From a virus, in IMG/VR virus record IMGVR_UViG_3300023179_000016, positions 1 through 64,000 of that record: 64,000 nucleotides of DNA; one strand, 5' to 3'. Each line of letters begins with the position of its first letter. The stretch's first letter is position 1. The notes under the pieces are model-generated. The model did not search any database. It saw only the letters and a list, made by a program, of their open reading frames with translations, and was not told the origin of the DNA. This document shows positions 51,062 through 60,019 of this stretch, in pieces. Both the position numbers and the translations under genes were made by a program.

Positions 51062-51262
51062 TTAGTACTCAAATTCGGGTTCGTAGCTGAAATCTTTATC
51101 CAGATCTTCAATGTATTCTACTTCCTCTTCCGAGTACTCGGGCTCATATTCTTCAAAATCTTCAGAGGGACGGGGGAGATCTTCTTCGTCAAACGCGAAG
51201 TTTTCTTCTGCGAGCTCGATGCGCTCAAAATTCTCATCAAGAAATCTTTTGCGTCCGTACAT
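51062..51262 (-). CDS. Very acidic small protein (possible DNA mimic)
   Basis: Extreme D/E content with spaced aromatic residues; promoter motif at 51299-51311; SD AAGGAG. Confidence 0.6.
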   Translation of the reverse strand: MYGRKRFLDENFERIELAEENFAFDEEDLPRPSEDFEEYEPEYSEEEVEYIEDLDKDFSYEPEFEY

Positions 51263-51343
51263 ATTAGGTCTCCTTAATGGTTGATTTTACTTGCAAATTT
51301 ATATATTCGGAAATCCGTCGATATATGGTACTATATACATAAG

Positions 51344-51895
51344 ATGAAAGAGTTAATAAAGTACTTTCCGAATGGGCAGTGGAAAATAGAATCATTGAAC
51401 AAGGTCGGAGAAGGATACAAGAGACTGGTAGAAGATGGGATCGCTCTACTACACCCCGTTACCGTAGAAGGAAGGCCGCTTTCCGATGACGGAATACCAT
51501 ATCATGCGACAATAAAAGCATTCAATAAGGATAAAGACTCCATAGATGATGCGCACGGCATAGCAAACCAGTTAAAGATGGATAAACCAGATGCATCTAA
51601 GGTATTCATACAGCCGCATATATTCAAGGACAGATTTGGCGATGACGTGCACGTATTAACCATGCACGGCGAAGATGCAGATAAGATAATTCAAAACTAC
51701 CATCGGTTCACGGGCATGGGTTGGTTGCCAAGACCAGAAGGATATAGACCACACATCACTGTCGACGAGTCTACTTATAATAAGGCCTTACAATCCGGAG
51801 CAAAGACTGCGGCAGATTTGGGTATTCAGTTTGGTGATGCTGAACTGAGAAGAGGTTTTCAAACGGTATCGCGCTATCCAACCGATACAGGTTAA
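51344..51895 (+). CDS. 2H phosphoesterase (Acb1-like) with NGQW leader
   Basis: Two HxT motifs (PYHATI, YRPHITV); TGGTACTAT upstream of ATG 51344. Confidence 0.7.
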   Translation: MKELIKYFPNGQWKIESLNKVGEGYKRLVEDGIALLHPVTVEGRPLSDDGIPYHATIKAFNKDKDSIDDAHGIANQLKMDKPDASKVFIQPHIFKDRFGDDVHVLTMHGEDADKIIQNYHRFTGMGWLPRPEGYRPHITVDESTYNKALQSGAKTAADLGIQFGDAELRRGFQTVSRYPTDTG

Positions 51896-52431
51896 CCGGT
51901 ATCTAATTGAGTAGTCCAATAAGCGATCGATTGGGCATCGATATATGGAGTCCATTCTTCCGGCATGGATGTTATCCTCACGATAACCTGTGCGGGTAGC
52001 CACTTAGGCTTGATTGGTTTTTTAACCAGTTTCATTCCGGCTTGTTCTGGAGTCATATATGCTTTTTTAGCATTGCACGGTTGACATGCGGCTACTATAT
52101 TTTGCCAATTTGTAAGTCCACCCTGCGCCCTAGGAATAACATGATCAAACGTTAATTCTTTAGTCTGTTTTCTCTCGGCGCAATACTGACACGTCCAGTT
52201 GTCTCTCAGATAAACATTTATGCGACTGAACTGTATCTCGCCTCTTTTTCTAAATTTAGACAACTGCCTAATAACACTAGGCATTTTGAAAATTCTGCTA
52301 GTGCTTCTAACAAACTCTTCCGTCTTTTCTTCAACGACCTCGGCATCGCCTGATATCACTAAAGTCATTGCCTTAGTCCAGCTTATTATCCTTAATGGCT
52401 CGTAGGTGCAATCCAACAACAGAACTGACAT
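51892..52431 (-). CDS. HNH endonuclease
   Basis: RDNWTCQYC...LTFDHVIPRAQGG...WQNIVAACQPCN.KK. Confidence 0.9.
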   Translation of the reverse strand: MSVLLLDCTYEPLRIISWTKAMTLVISGDAEVVEEKTEEFVRSTSRIFKMPSVIRQLSKFRKRGEIQFSRINVYLRDNWTCQYCAERKQTKELTFDHVIPRAQGGLTNWQNIVAACQPCNAKKAYMTPEQAGMKLVKKPIKPKWLPAQVIVRITSMPEEWTPYIDAQSIAYWTTQLDTG

Positions 52432-52556
52432 AGAATGTATTTATTTTATCACGGGTCATTGCATTAAAAATATATATAAAAACATCATAAAAATCTGCTA
52501 CAAGCGTGATTATACTAAAATCAATGATTGTGTATCTTTTGTGGTAAAATTAGCTT

Positions 52557-53078
52557 ATGGCTCTTGCAACTATATATTCATCCGCCGCTGTCTCTATAAA
52601 TAGTGCATTGACGACGGCAGGTATCACTACTCTTCTAGTGGCTCACGCTCAAAATCAGACAATAAATGCGGTCGTCCATAATAATCTTATAGATTACATA
52701 GGATACGTGTTAAACTCTGACCTGATGAAGGTTAACAACATAATAGAGACAGAGCTTGCAAGATACGGTAAATTTGCCACTCTCAAATCGCCCGCAAGAC
52801 CAGTGACCGTACCGTCTAATCCTGTCGATGATCACTATGTTACATTGAACGGCTATTACATAGAAAACTCCGATATAGACACAGACAAAGTATTATTCGA
52901 CGATTTTAAGGGAAAAATAGAGTCGGACGTACGATACTGCTCGTCTGTTGTTCAGAGCAGGGCCAAGACGATACAATGGAATACATCTGACGAGACCTCG
53001 ACAATAACCATAACCGACGTCTCTCCTACAGCGAAGACTATATCGGTTGCCATCACAATAGATTTGACTAAGAGCTAA
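52557..53078 (+). CDS. Hypothetical (probably structural) protein
   Basis: TGGTAAAAT 6 nt before the ATG. Confidence 0.6.
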   Translation: MALATIYSSAAVSINSALTTAGITTLLVAHAQNQTINAVVHNNLIDYIGYVLNSDLMKVNNIIETELARYGKFATLKSPARPVTVPSNPVDDHYVTLNGYYIENSDIDTDKVLFDDFKGKIESDVRYCSSVVQSRAKTIQWNTSDETSTITITDVSPTAKTISVAITIDLTKS

Positions 53079-53084
53079 TAACGT

Positions 53085-54020
53085 ATGCGAGTTACTCCTG
53101 AGCAAATAAAGAAGTATCTTGATATGTATGTTATTGGCCAAGATCAAGCAAAAAAAGCCTTATCTGTCGCTGCATATAATCACAATAAGAGAGTTAATTC
53201 TAGCGGCAACTTGAAGAAATCAAACGTGTTGTTAATCGGCCCTACTGGGTCAGGTAAGACTTATATGGTAACACTATTGGCGCATATGTTGAATGTAAAG
53301 TTCATATCAGTTGATGCCACGCAGTTTACTAGTTCAGGCTATGCTGGAAGAGATGTCGAAGAAATAGCGTTCGAGATAATGTCAGCATGTGACGGTGACG
53401 AGAGCGAAGCTGTAAAATCTATAGTGCACATAGATGAAATAGATAAGATAAGAAAAAAGACCACACACAATGGTGTTTCAGATATAAACGGCGTGGAAGT
53501 TCAACAGGCGCTATTAAAGATGATAGAGGGTACAGATCTAAGTTATGCATCCACCGGATCCAAAACGGACCCACATGATAGAAAACTAAACACAAACAAT
53601 ATCATGTTTATATGTTCCGGTGCATTTGTTGGTCTGGAAAATTCCACGTCGCAGTCTTTGGTGAAATTTGGGATAATACCTGAATTTTTGGGCAGATTTT
53701 CTACTATTGCTACGTTGAATTCCTTGAGCGCATCAGATTTAAAGTCGATAATATTAGACTCTAAAGGATCAATTCTTGAATCTTACAAGGAGTGGTTCTC
53801 GAGTGAGGGCATAGAATTATCTGTTTCTGAGGATGGTTTGGATTGTATTGTAGAGAGAGCACTACTAAAAAACGTGGGGGCGAGAGGTCTACACGGCACT
53901 ATAGATGAAGCTCTACTTAATGCTCAGTTTGAAGCTCCAGGTCTAGTAATAAAACCTAAAGCCTTAATCATAAACAGAAATATGGTAGAGACTGGCATAG
54001 CAAACTGGGTATATGCTTAA
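53085..54020 (+). CDS. clpX: ClpX-like AAA+ unfoldase lacking the Zn-binding domain and IGF loop
   Basis: YVIGQD.AKK.LSVAAYNH, KSNVLLIGPTGSGKT, IDEIDKI, VQQALLKMIEG, FGIIPEFLGR, GARGL. Confidence 0.88.
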   Translation: MRVTPEQIKKYLDMYVIGQDQAKKALSVAAYNHNKRVNSSGNLKKSNVLLIGPTGSGKTYMVTLLAHMLNVKFISVDATQFTSSGYAGRDVEEIAFEIMSACDGDESEAVKSIVHIDEIDKIRKKTTHNGVSDINGVEVQQALLKMIEGTDLSYASTGSKTDPHDRKLNTNNIMFICSGAFVGLENSTSQSLVKFGIIPEFLGRFSTIATLNSLSASDLKSIILDSKGSILESYKEWFSSEGIELSVSEDGLDCIVERALLKNVGARGLHGTIDEALLNAQFEAPGLVIKPKALIINRNMVETGIANWVYA

Positions 54021-54037
54021 AATTATAGGTCAATTTG

Positions 54038-54046
54038 TGGTATAAT
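54038..54046 (+). promoter_or_regulatory. Example of the extended -10 promoter TGnTAnAAT of structural / late genes
   Basis: Also at 7291, 8057, 13021, 38606, 52542 (+) and 60939-60947 (-). Confidence 0.6.
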
Positions 54047-54052
54047 TTCTAT

Positions 54053-54757
54053 ATGGATAAATTTATAGATTGGTCCGAATGGATCCTGCAAAAAAACGAC
54101 GAATTCGCAAGCGAAGAGCTTAACAAGGCAAAAATATACGACATCAAGTCAAAGAAGAAGGTGGCAGATTTACCTTCTGACATTACACCAAAGCGCTCAC
54201 CAAAGTTAAAAGTCATTGACAAGCAAAAAGAAGAAGAAAAAAATAAAAAGTCAAAAGATGCAGACGACAAAGCCACACACAATACAACTCATTACAAATC
54301 TAGATTAAAACAATTACAAGAAAAGATAAAGCAGGTCGTAAAGCCTGCAAATGTACCAAATATATCACCGTCAAAGAAAGACAGTGATATGCTGAAAACT
54401 GAACGAGCAGAAAAGCAAAAAAAACAGTCTGATTTGCCAAGCGGACACTTGGACAGAAGAGATCAAGCAGCTAAGCCGCCAAGCGAGATAGCTAAGAAGC
54501 CAATAATCTCTAGAGTAAAACTACCAGAAGAAAAAAAGCTAGAGACCGAGTCTGTTGAAGAATTCAAGAGAAAGAGGATGGAAGATCTTAGAGCGGCTAG
54601 AAGTGTTCGAGATATCGGGGAAAGAGCCAAACAGTTGTCCGATAAAGAAACCATTATAAGAGATAGAGAAAAAGAAAAAAATAAAGTTGTAAAGACTGAA
54701 CTGTTAAAGACCTTACCGAACGGCCAGTGGGAATTACTCGAAAAAAAAATATGTTAA
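54053..54757 (+). CDS. Basic probable virion-internal protein (DWSEW and NGQW motifs)
   Basis: DWSEWILQKN..EELNKA at the N-terminus, LPNGQWELL at the C-terminus; TGGTATAAT 6 nt before the ATG. Confidence 0.6.
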   Translation: MDKFIDWSEWILQKNDEFASEELNKAKIYDIKSKKKVADLPSDITPKRSPKLKVIDKQKEEEKNKKSKDADDKATHNTTHYKSRLKQLQEKIKQVVKPANVPNISPSKKDSDMLKTERAEKQKKQSDLPSGHLDRRDQAAKPPSEIAKKPIISRVKLPEEKKLETESVEEFKRKRMEDLRAARSVRDIGERAKQLSDKETIIRDREKEKNKVVKTELLKTLPNGQWELLEKKIC

Positions 54758-54815
54758 TAACTCAGATGTTTCTGAGGGCTCTTGCGATTGCGGAGCTCAT
54801 GCTACGGGCTCAGAC

Positions 54816-55058
54816 ATGCACTCTGAATGGTGTGGCGGGTTAAAGTCTCCGCAAGACAGAGCAAAGGATCTTCAAGATAGACTTAATTCTATACAAGGGA
54901 TGAAGGGCGTGAGGCCTCACGATGTCGATAAAAAGGATTACGAGAAATGGGCGGAGACGGGAGACGACGGCGCTATTCATCATTACATGGGCAAAGACAT
55001 GAGAGAGATCTCTAGAGATGGTATGTGCACAAAATGCAAGGCCAAAAATGAGAGCTAG
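54816..55058 (+). CDS. Hypothetical protein
   Basis: H..WC and CTKC motifs. Confidence 0.45.
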   Translation: MHSEWCGGLKSPQDRAKDLQDRLNSIQGMKGVRPHDVDKKDYEKWAETGDDGAIHHYMGKDMREISRDGMCTKCKAKNES

Positions 55059-55075
55059 CCGCTGCATTTGGCGGC

Positions 55076-55103
55076 GTAGCGGTGTCAGCCGCGCGGCTGA
55101 CAC
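55076..55103 (-). terminator. Example of hairpin + GACACYGCYAC element at the 3' end of a minus-strand unit
   Basis: GTAGCG GTGTCAGCCGCGCGGCTGACAC between convergent genes; nine same-orientation copies in the window. Confidence 0.5.
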
Positions 55104-55114
55104 ACTCGAGCAAG

Positions 55115-55333
55115 TTATTCCTCTTCAGTGTACGGGTTGGAGAAGTCCAGCGCGCCAATAAATCTGGTGGCTAGTACAACTTTAGGTCTTGGAATAACCT
55201 CAACCTCTTTCACGTTCACCCTAATTTTCTTGTGATTATACAGCTGCACCAGCAGATTTTCATCTCCAATAGAGTTTAGAACTTTTGCTTCGGACCCTGA
55301 CCAAATGCCGGACTTAATCTTGATCTTCACCAT
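55115..55333 (-). CDS. Small KOW/SH3-like hypothetical protein
   Basis: IKIKSGIWSGSEAKV pattern. Confidence 0.5.
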   Translation of the reverse strand: MVKIKIKSGIWSGSEAKVLNSIGDENLLVQLYNHKKIRVNVKEVEVIPRPKVVLATRFIGALDFSNPYTEEE

Positions 55334-55343
55334 TCGCTGACCC

Positions 55344-55592
55344 TCACTCGGTTGCTTCGCTGTTGTAATTGCGCTGCTGCAGCTCTTCCATGAATCTAGT
55401 ATATGACTTTACGTGTCTCTTGAAGAGAGGGATCGCTTCGTCCCACTTCTCGTCTCCGAGAGCGCACTCGGTCTCTATTACATCTGTCACGAAAGAGATT
55501 GCTTCCGCGTCTGACCCAACCTTCCAAGAAGAAGAAATACCCTTGTTGCTGAGAATGTCATTAACCTGTTCTGCTTTGTTGCTGTTGCTCAT
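55344..55592 (-). CDS. Hypothetical protein
   Basis: Promoter motif at 55614-55626; SD GGAGG. Confidence 0.6.
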   Translation of the reverse strand: MSNSNKAEQVNDILSNKGISSSWKVGSDAEAISFVTDVIETECALGDEKWDEAIPLFKRHVKSYTRFMEELQQRNYNSEATE

Positions 55593-55755
55593 TAGAGCCT
55601 CCCGTTACTTGGAATAATAGATTCGGTTTTTAGAACTATTTATCTTCGTCGTTGTCGTCTGGGATGTTGGGCGCTAGACAGATAGTGATGATCAGCATGA
55701 TAGCCATCAAGATTAGTGGCGCTGCCTCTGATGCCTTGTCTTCCATGTTGATCCT

Positions 55756-56106
55756 TTAGGGAAGATAAGAGAAATGTATCTGCTCTTCTCTCACTTCGCG
55801 GCTGCACTCGCCGCATTTAGTTTCTCTGAGCAATACGGGATCTCGCTTGATTCCGGTGCCGCCGCAACTCTTGCAGACATTAGATTTTAAGCTGCTGATC
55901 TCCGCTCTCAGCGCTTCATTCTCGAGCTCCAATAGTCTCACATGCCACTCGCGGCACGCACATGCGTTGTGGTGGGAAGTGCACTTCGGAATTTGTCTCA
56001 GTTCTTGCGGTAGAGAATTGAGATCGCACTCGCAATCCAGCACTAGATTGCAACCTGGACACGCCTCATTATACATATAATCACTGTTGGACTTGTATGA
56101 CATCAT
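55756..56106 (-). CDS. Cys-rich hypothetical protein
   Basis: Several CxxC motifs and LENEALRAE; SD AGGAG. Confidence 0.6.
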   Translation of the reverse strand: MMSYKSNSDYMYNEACPGCNLVLDCECDLNSLPQELRQIPKCTSHHNACACREWHVRLLELENEALRAEISSLKSNVCKSCGGTGIKRDPVLLRETKCGECSREVREEQIHFSYLP

Positions 56107-56136
56107 TTTCTCCTGTTTGGTTGTTATATTCAGTTT

Positions 56137-56391
56137 TTAATCGGCGAGCTCGAACTTCATCGAGTTGATCCTCTTCACTGGAACCATATACCAGCTGGCG
56201 GACAAACCGGACAGGAAGAATGTTTTGCTGACAATACTCCAGTAGATGTAGGATTTAAAGTTCGGATTATCGTTAAACATGCCCATAAGATCATCACCGG
56301 ACTTCTCTTCGAGACCGATCATGCGAGCTGCTTCTCTGGGATCGACGGTGGTACCATCTTTGAAGATAACTTTCGTGAGTCTTGACTTCAT
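56137..56391 (-). CDS. Hypothetical protein
   Basis: SD GAGGAG. Confidence 0.6.
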   Translation of the reverse strand: MKSRLTKVIFKDGTTVDPREAARMIGLEEKSGDDLMGMFNDNPNFKSYIYWSIVSKTFFLSGLSASWYMVPVKRINSMKFELAD

Positions 56392-56636
56392 TTTTCTCCT
56401 CGACTTAAGAGGTTCTCAATCACTATATTAACTCAAAATACACTACTATCCCACGTGTTTTTATCGTGTCGGTATAAATTACCCATGGAATGGTTGAAAT
56501 GGTTCTTAGTGATACTGGCAGCAGATGTGTGCGCGAGCCTCTTAAAGGAAAGCAATTGGAAGAGATTATTCAAGAAGAAGCGCAAGCGCAGCAGGTCTCG
56601 CAAGGTCGCTCAGATTATACCCCTCAAAAAGGTGGA

Positions 56637-56849
56637 TTAGATCTTCCTGTCCGCGCACTCGTCGCAGCCTTGAATCTCATTGGAGAACGAGTTGCACTCC
56701 TTGCACGACTCAGCCCAGTATAGGTCCACGATGTTCCCCAAGTCCTCGACCTGCACAGAGCACGCCACCGTCGCATTATTCATCTCGTTGTACGGGACGG
56801 CCTCATTCGACTCAAACTCCACGATGATTCTATACTTGGGCATGATCAC
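56637..56849 (-). CDS. Hypothetical protein
   Basis: MPKY start shared with 56846-57037; C-terminal CxxC pair. Confidence 0.55.
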   Translation of the reverse strand: MIMPKYRIIVEFESNEAVPYNEMNNATVACSVQVEDLGNIVDLYWAESCKECNSFSNEIQGCDECADRKI

Positions 56850-57037
56850 TTCACCTTCTTGATGTTGAGAACTTCCTCGTTGAACTCAATATTTTTGTAG
56901 TCGTACTCCACTTCAGACATGGACTTGCGCTTTGAGACCCCGCCGTAGATCTCTGCCGCTCCCCTCTTGGATTTGGCCTTTATGTACCTCACGGAATAGA
57001 TGGTCTGCTTCACTCGGACAGCATACTTCGGCATCAC
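56846..57037 (-). CDS. Hypothetical protein
   Basis: GC3-rich coupled ORF. Confidence 0.55.
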   Translation of the reverse strand: MMPKYAVRVKQTIYSVRYIKAKSKRGAAEIYGGVSKRKSMSEVEYDYKNIEFNEEVLNIKKVK

Positions 57038-57245
57038 TCGACTCTCGCCCCTTTATGAGTTGGTCTCTGCGCATGCCGCGATGTGCTGCGCTACGTCCTC
57101 ATCTACGCCCCTCTCTCGCTTCTCGGCCAAGGAGTCTGCGTCGCACCTGCCGCAGGTCTTGACATCGTAACCCTTGAGCCTCAGAAAGAGAGCTTCGCAC
57201 CTCTCGCACGTATGCTTCACGAACGTCATACCCAAGTACTCCATA

Positions 57246-57392
57246 TCACTCCTCCTCGCAAGAGAGCTCAAACGTCTTCTTGTGCTTGACCCGGTCCTTC
57301 TTCAGGGGGTGGACCTTGCTGGGCAATGGTTCCACCCTGGGTCTAATCCTTGGGCGCTTAATCTTCAGGGTGATCTTCTTCATAGAAGACAT
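57246..57392 (-). CDS. 48-aa basic protein, not in the ORF track
   Basis: MSSMKKITLKIKRPRIRPRVEPLPSKVHPLKKDRVKHKKTFELSCEEE*; SD GAGG. Confidence 0.5.
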   Translation of the reverse strand: MSSMKKITLKIKRPRIRPRVEPLPSKVHPLKKDRVKHKKTFELSCEEE

Positions 57393-57420
57393 AGTGCCAC
57401 CTCATCCTTTCGTTATAGGT

Positions 57421-57711
57421 TTACAGCTCGAACTCCCCAACCTTGGGATTCGAACTCGAATTATAGCGGATCCAGGAGCTGCAGGAGTTGCACCTGACAG
57501 TGACGGGGTCGTAGCGATGGACGTACACGTCGGGGGACCCGCAAGCGTAGCAGCTCCTAGAGCAGTAGATGATGTCGATCAGAGCCTCCATAGTGGTCTT
57601 CTCCTCGCTGTGCTTGCCGCAGGAGGTGCAGGTGAAGATGTACGGGTCGCCCACCGTGTACTCGTCGTCCATACCAATATAGACATTGCAGTGGCGGCAG
57701 TAGATCTTCAT
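57421..57711 (-). CDS. Double zinc-ribbon protein
   Basis: CRHC, CTSC, CYAC, CNSC; SD GAGGAGG; promoter motif at 57740-57752. Confidence 0.65.
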   Translation of the reverse strand: MKIYCRHCNVYIGMDDEYTVGDPYIFTCTSCGKHSEEKTTMEALIDIIYCSRSCYACGSPDVYVHRYDPVTVRCNSCSSWIRYNSSSNPKVGEFEL

Positions 57712-57850
57712 AGGTCTAAATCCTCCTCGATTCCAGCGGATATAATCTCGGGGAAAAGTCGACCGCGCAGAAAAGAGAAGTCCACGCACGTCCCTCATAG
57801 ACACACGTGGACCTCTCTATATCAGCCGGGCTCGCGACCCAACAACCAAC

Positions 57851-58333
57851 TCACTCGCCAGACGTTGCCGTCGGAGCAAACTTGGCAGCGAGCTCCGGGG
57901 GCAGAGCACTGAGGTCGATCGTCGGCTGCTTGGACCGAGCGATCTCGGCGACCCGGGCATCGATGTGGGCCTGGACCTCAGCCCGGTCAGTGACGTCGGT
58001 GAGCGTTCCGAGCAGGGCTCGAAGAGCCTTGAGCTGCGGATCACCAGAACCAGAGCGAGAGCCAGGGTTCTTAGCCACATATGCGACCCCACCGTTCAGC
58101 CGCTTGTCCTTTCGGAGCCAGTTGCTCTGCAGGCCAGAGACATAGGCCTTCAGCTGCTGGTCGGTGAACTCCGTATCGAGCTCGATAGCTCCACCGCGGA
58201 ACCCCTCGAACAGGATCTGGTTCACCATGGCCCGCTCCTCACGGGACATCTCGACTGCACTCGAGAACTCGGTAGTTCCCTTGACGTTGACGACTGCACC
58301 ATAGACTGCTTCTTTCTGACTCATCTTGCTCAT
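57851..58333 (-). CDS. QKEAV/NWLRKDxRLNGG paralogue family protein
   Basis: QKEAVY...NWLRKDKRLNGG...IDLSALPPELAAKF. Confidence 0.85.
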   Translation of the reverse strand: MSKMSQKEAVYGAVVNVKGTTEFSSAVEMSREERAMVNQILFEGFRGGAIELDTEFTDQQLKAYVSGLQSNWLRKDKRLNGGVAYVAKNPGSRSGSGDPQLKALRALLGTLTDVTDRAEVQAHIDARVAEIARSKQPTIDLSALPPELAAKFAPTATSGE

Positions 58334-59322
58334 AACTAACGTTCCTCCGTTGTTGTTCTATAAGATCGGGATATCGGTCACCACGACCGGTATCTTCACC
58401 TATGGGGTGTTCGGTACTCACTCAAAACTGGCTACTTCCGCGTCTGCTGTGGCTACCTACTGCTTGCCGCCTGCCTCCACTGGGGAGAGCTCCACTCGCG
58501 CTACTCCCTGCTCTCTACATCATTACCACCTAGATATATGTTCGGGATAATGGGATGTCGTGTAAGTCGCTGATACTATTGGTGGGGAAGGTTGGTGTGG
58601 AAGGGGTGTAACGGTGCCCACCTGAGTCACACTGAGTCTGACCCGACCTGCACGTCGCACTCACCGAGACTCCCCGATACCCGTCCAGACAGCCGATCGG
58701 GCTCGTGAGGTCATAGGCTCGGCTGCACCCGACAGCCGGCGTAGCAGTGTCGGCGCGCGCTGAAAAGCAGTGGGTAGGGCAAGCAGCCGCTATTATATAG
58801 CCCGGCCAGGGCCATGTGCTGCCAGATCCCTACCCACGGACGCTTGTTGATCCCTTACTGCCTGAGTCTAGCCGTCGTCAGACAGGTCACCAACCTGTTA
58901 CGACCTCTAGATCGTTTCGGCCTTGGAAAGACTCACGTATCCGGGTACGGTTTTGAGAGCCACCCATCATACATATTCAGCAGGAGACAGAACCGTACAA
59001 GATTCTCCTACCGGTTAGACAATACATCCCGGTACTTCCGTCTAACAAGAGTACCGGATTTACCCCTCACTTTACCCGGACTAGGGACCGGTCACCGATA
59101 AGTGTCCTGGCTAGGACCACCGGTGAGTGGAAAACTGACTTACTTTCTGAGGCAGATGATCGGGAGCAGCGCGCGTGTTTCTGCGCCGAGAAGAAAAGCT
59201 ACGAGCGCATGACAGAAAAGCGTCTAATCCTACCAAGGCGGGCGCCGGGAATTGACCCGCCCACCCAGCGACCGCCCGATAAACCGCTGTTTTTTGAGCC
59301 TAGCTAACCTCCGGGGCGTGGC

Positions 59323-59592
59323 TCATTTCCCCTCCAGCGCGGCGCGGGCAATACTTGGCAATGCACAATCACAGGACTTCCCAAATTGAATGTCGCACCG
59401 TTCATGGTGAATGGTCAGATATTGCTTCAGCGCCTCCCGAAGCCTGGCGTTTTCAGCGCTGACTTCCTCGATTGCGACACGATACCCAGCCAAAAACACT
59501 TCTATGTCAATGTGCATTACAGATGCGTCTTTCTGATAGGCTGGGAATCGCTGCTTTAGATATTCTTCTGCCAGTTTTTCGGCTCTAGTCAT
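59323..59592 (-). CDS. Array unit 5 (ENARLREAL...ARAALEGK)
   Basis: Start codon supplied by the preceding repeat (GGAGGGGAAATGA). Confidence 0.7.
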   Translation of the reverse strand: MTRAEKLAEEYLKQRFPAYQKDASVMHIDIEVFLAGYRVAIEEVSAENARLREALKQYLTIHHERCDIQFGKSCDCALPSIARAALEGK

Positions 59593-59792
59593 TTCCCCTC
59601 CAGCGCGGCGCGGGCGATCGATGCGCCACAAAGACAACCAGCGGTATAGTCACAACCTTCATCATGGGCGGCAAATCTTTCCAGCGCCTCCCGAAGCCGG
59701 GCGTTCTCGGCTTCCATTTCGGCTCGTCCGGATTCGTAACCCTGTTGCCATCCTGAGCACGTTCCCTTGCATGGGTGATTCAGCTTGTTCAT
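59589..59792 (-). CDS. Array unit 4
   Basis: ENARLREAL...ARAALEGK. Confidence 0.7.
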   Translation of the reverse strand: MNKLNHPCKGTCSGWQQGYESGRAEMEAENARLREALERFAAHDEGCDYTAGCLCGASIARAALEGK

Positions 59793-60019
59793 TACTTCCC
59801 CTCCAGCGCGGCGCGGGCTTCAATTACTTCCTGTCTAAGTTCATCCCAAGCCTGACCTAGCTCTTCGTCCAGCAGAAGAGCCTCATCCACTTTATTGGTG
59901 ATCTTGCGAAGCGCCTCCCGAAGCCGGGTGTTTTCGGCTAAGAATCGATTCCTGGCCTCTTCAAATCCCCGCAACCACACCAATTCATCCGGACTTCCCG
60001 CCTCAGGTCTTGTGCTCAT
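59792..60019 (-). CDS. Array unit 3
   Basis: ENTRLREAL...ARAALEGK. Confidence 0.7.
   Translation of the reverse strand: MSTRPEAGSPDELVWLRGFEEARNRFLAENTRLREALRKITNKVDEALLLDEELGQAWDELRQEVIEARAALEGK

Noticed and set aside
57246-57392. ArfA-like ribosome rescue factor call for the 48-aa basic protein
   Set aside because: Only loose resemblance of a basic KVH...KHK tail; the KGKGS motif is absent.
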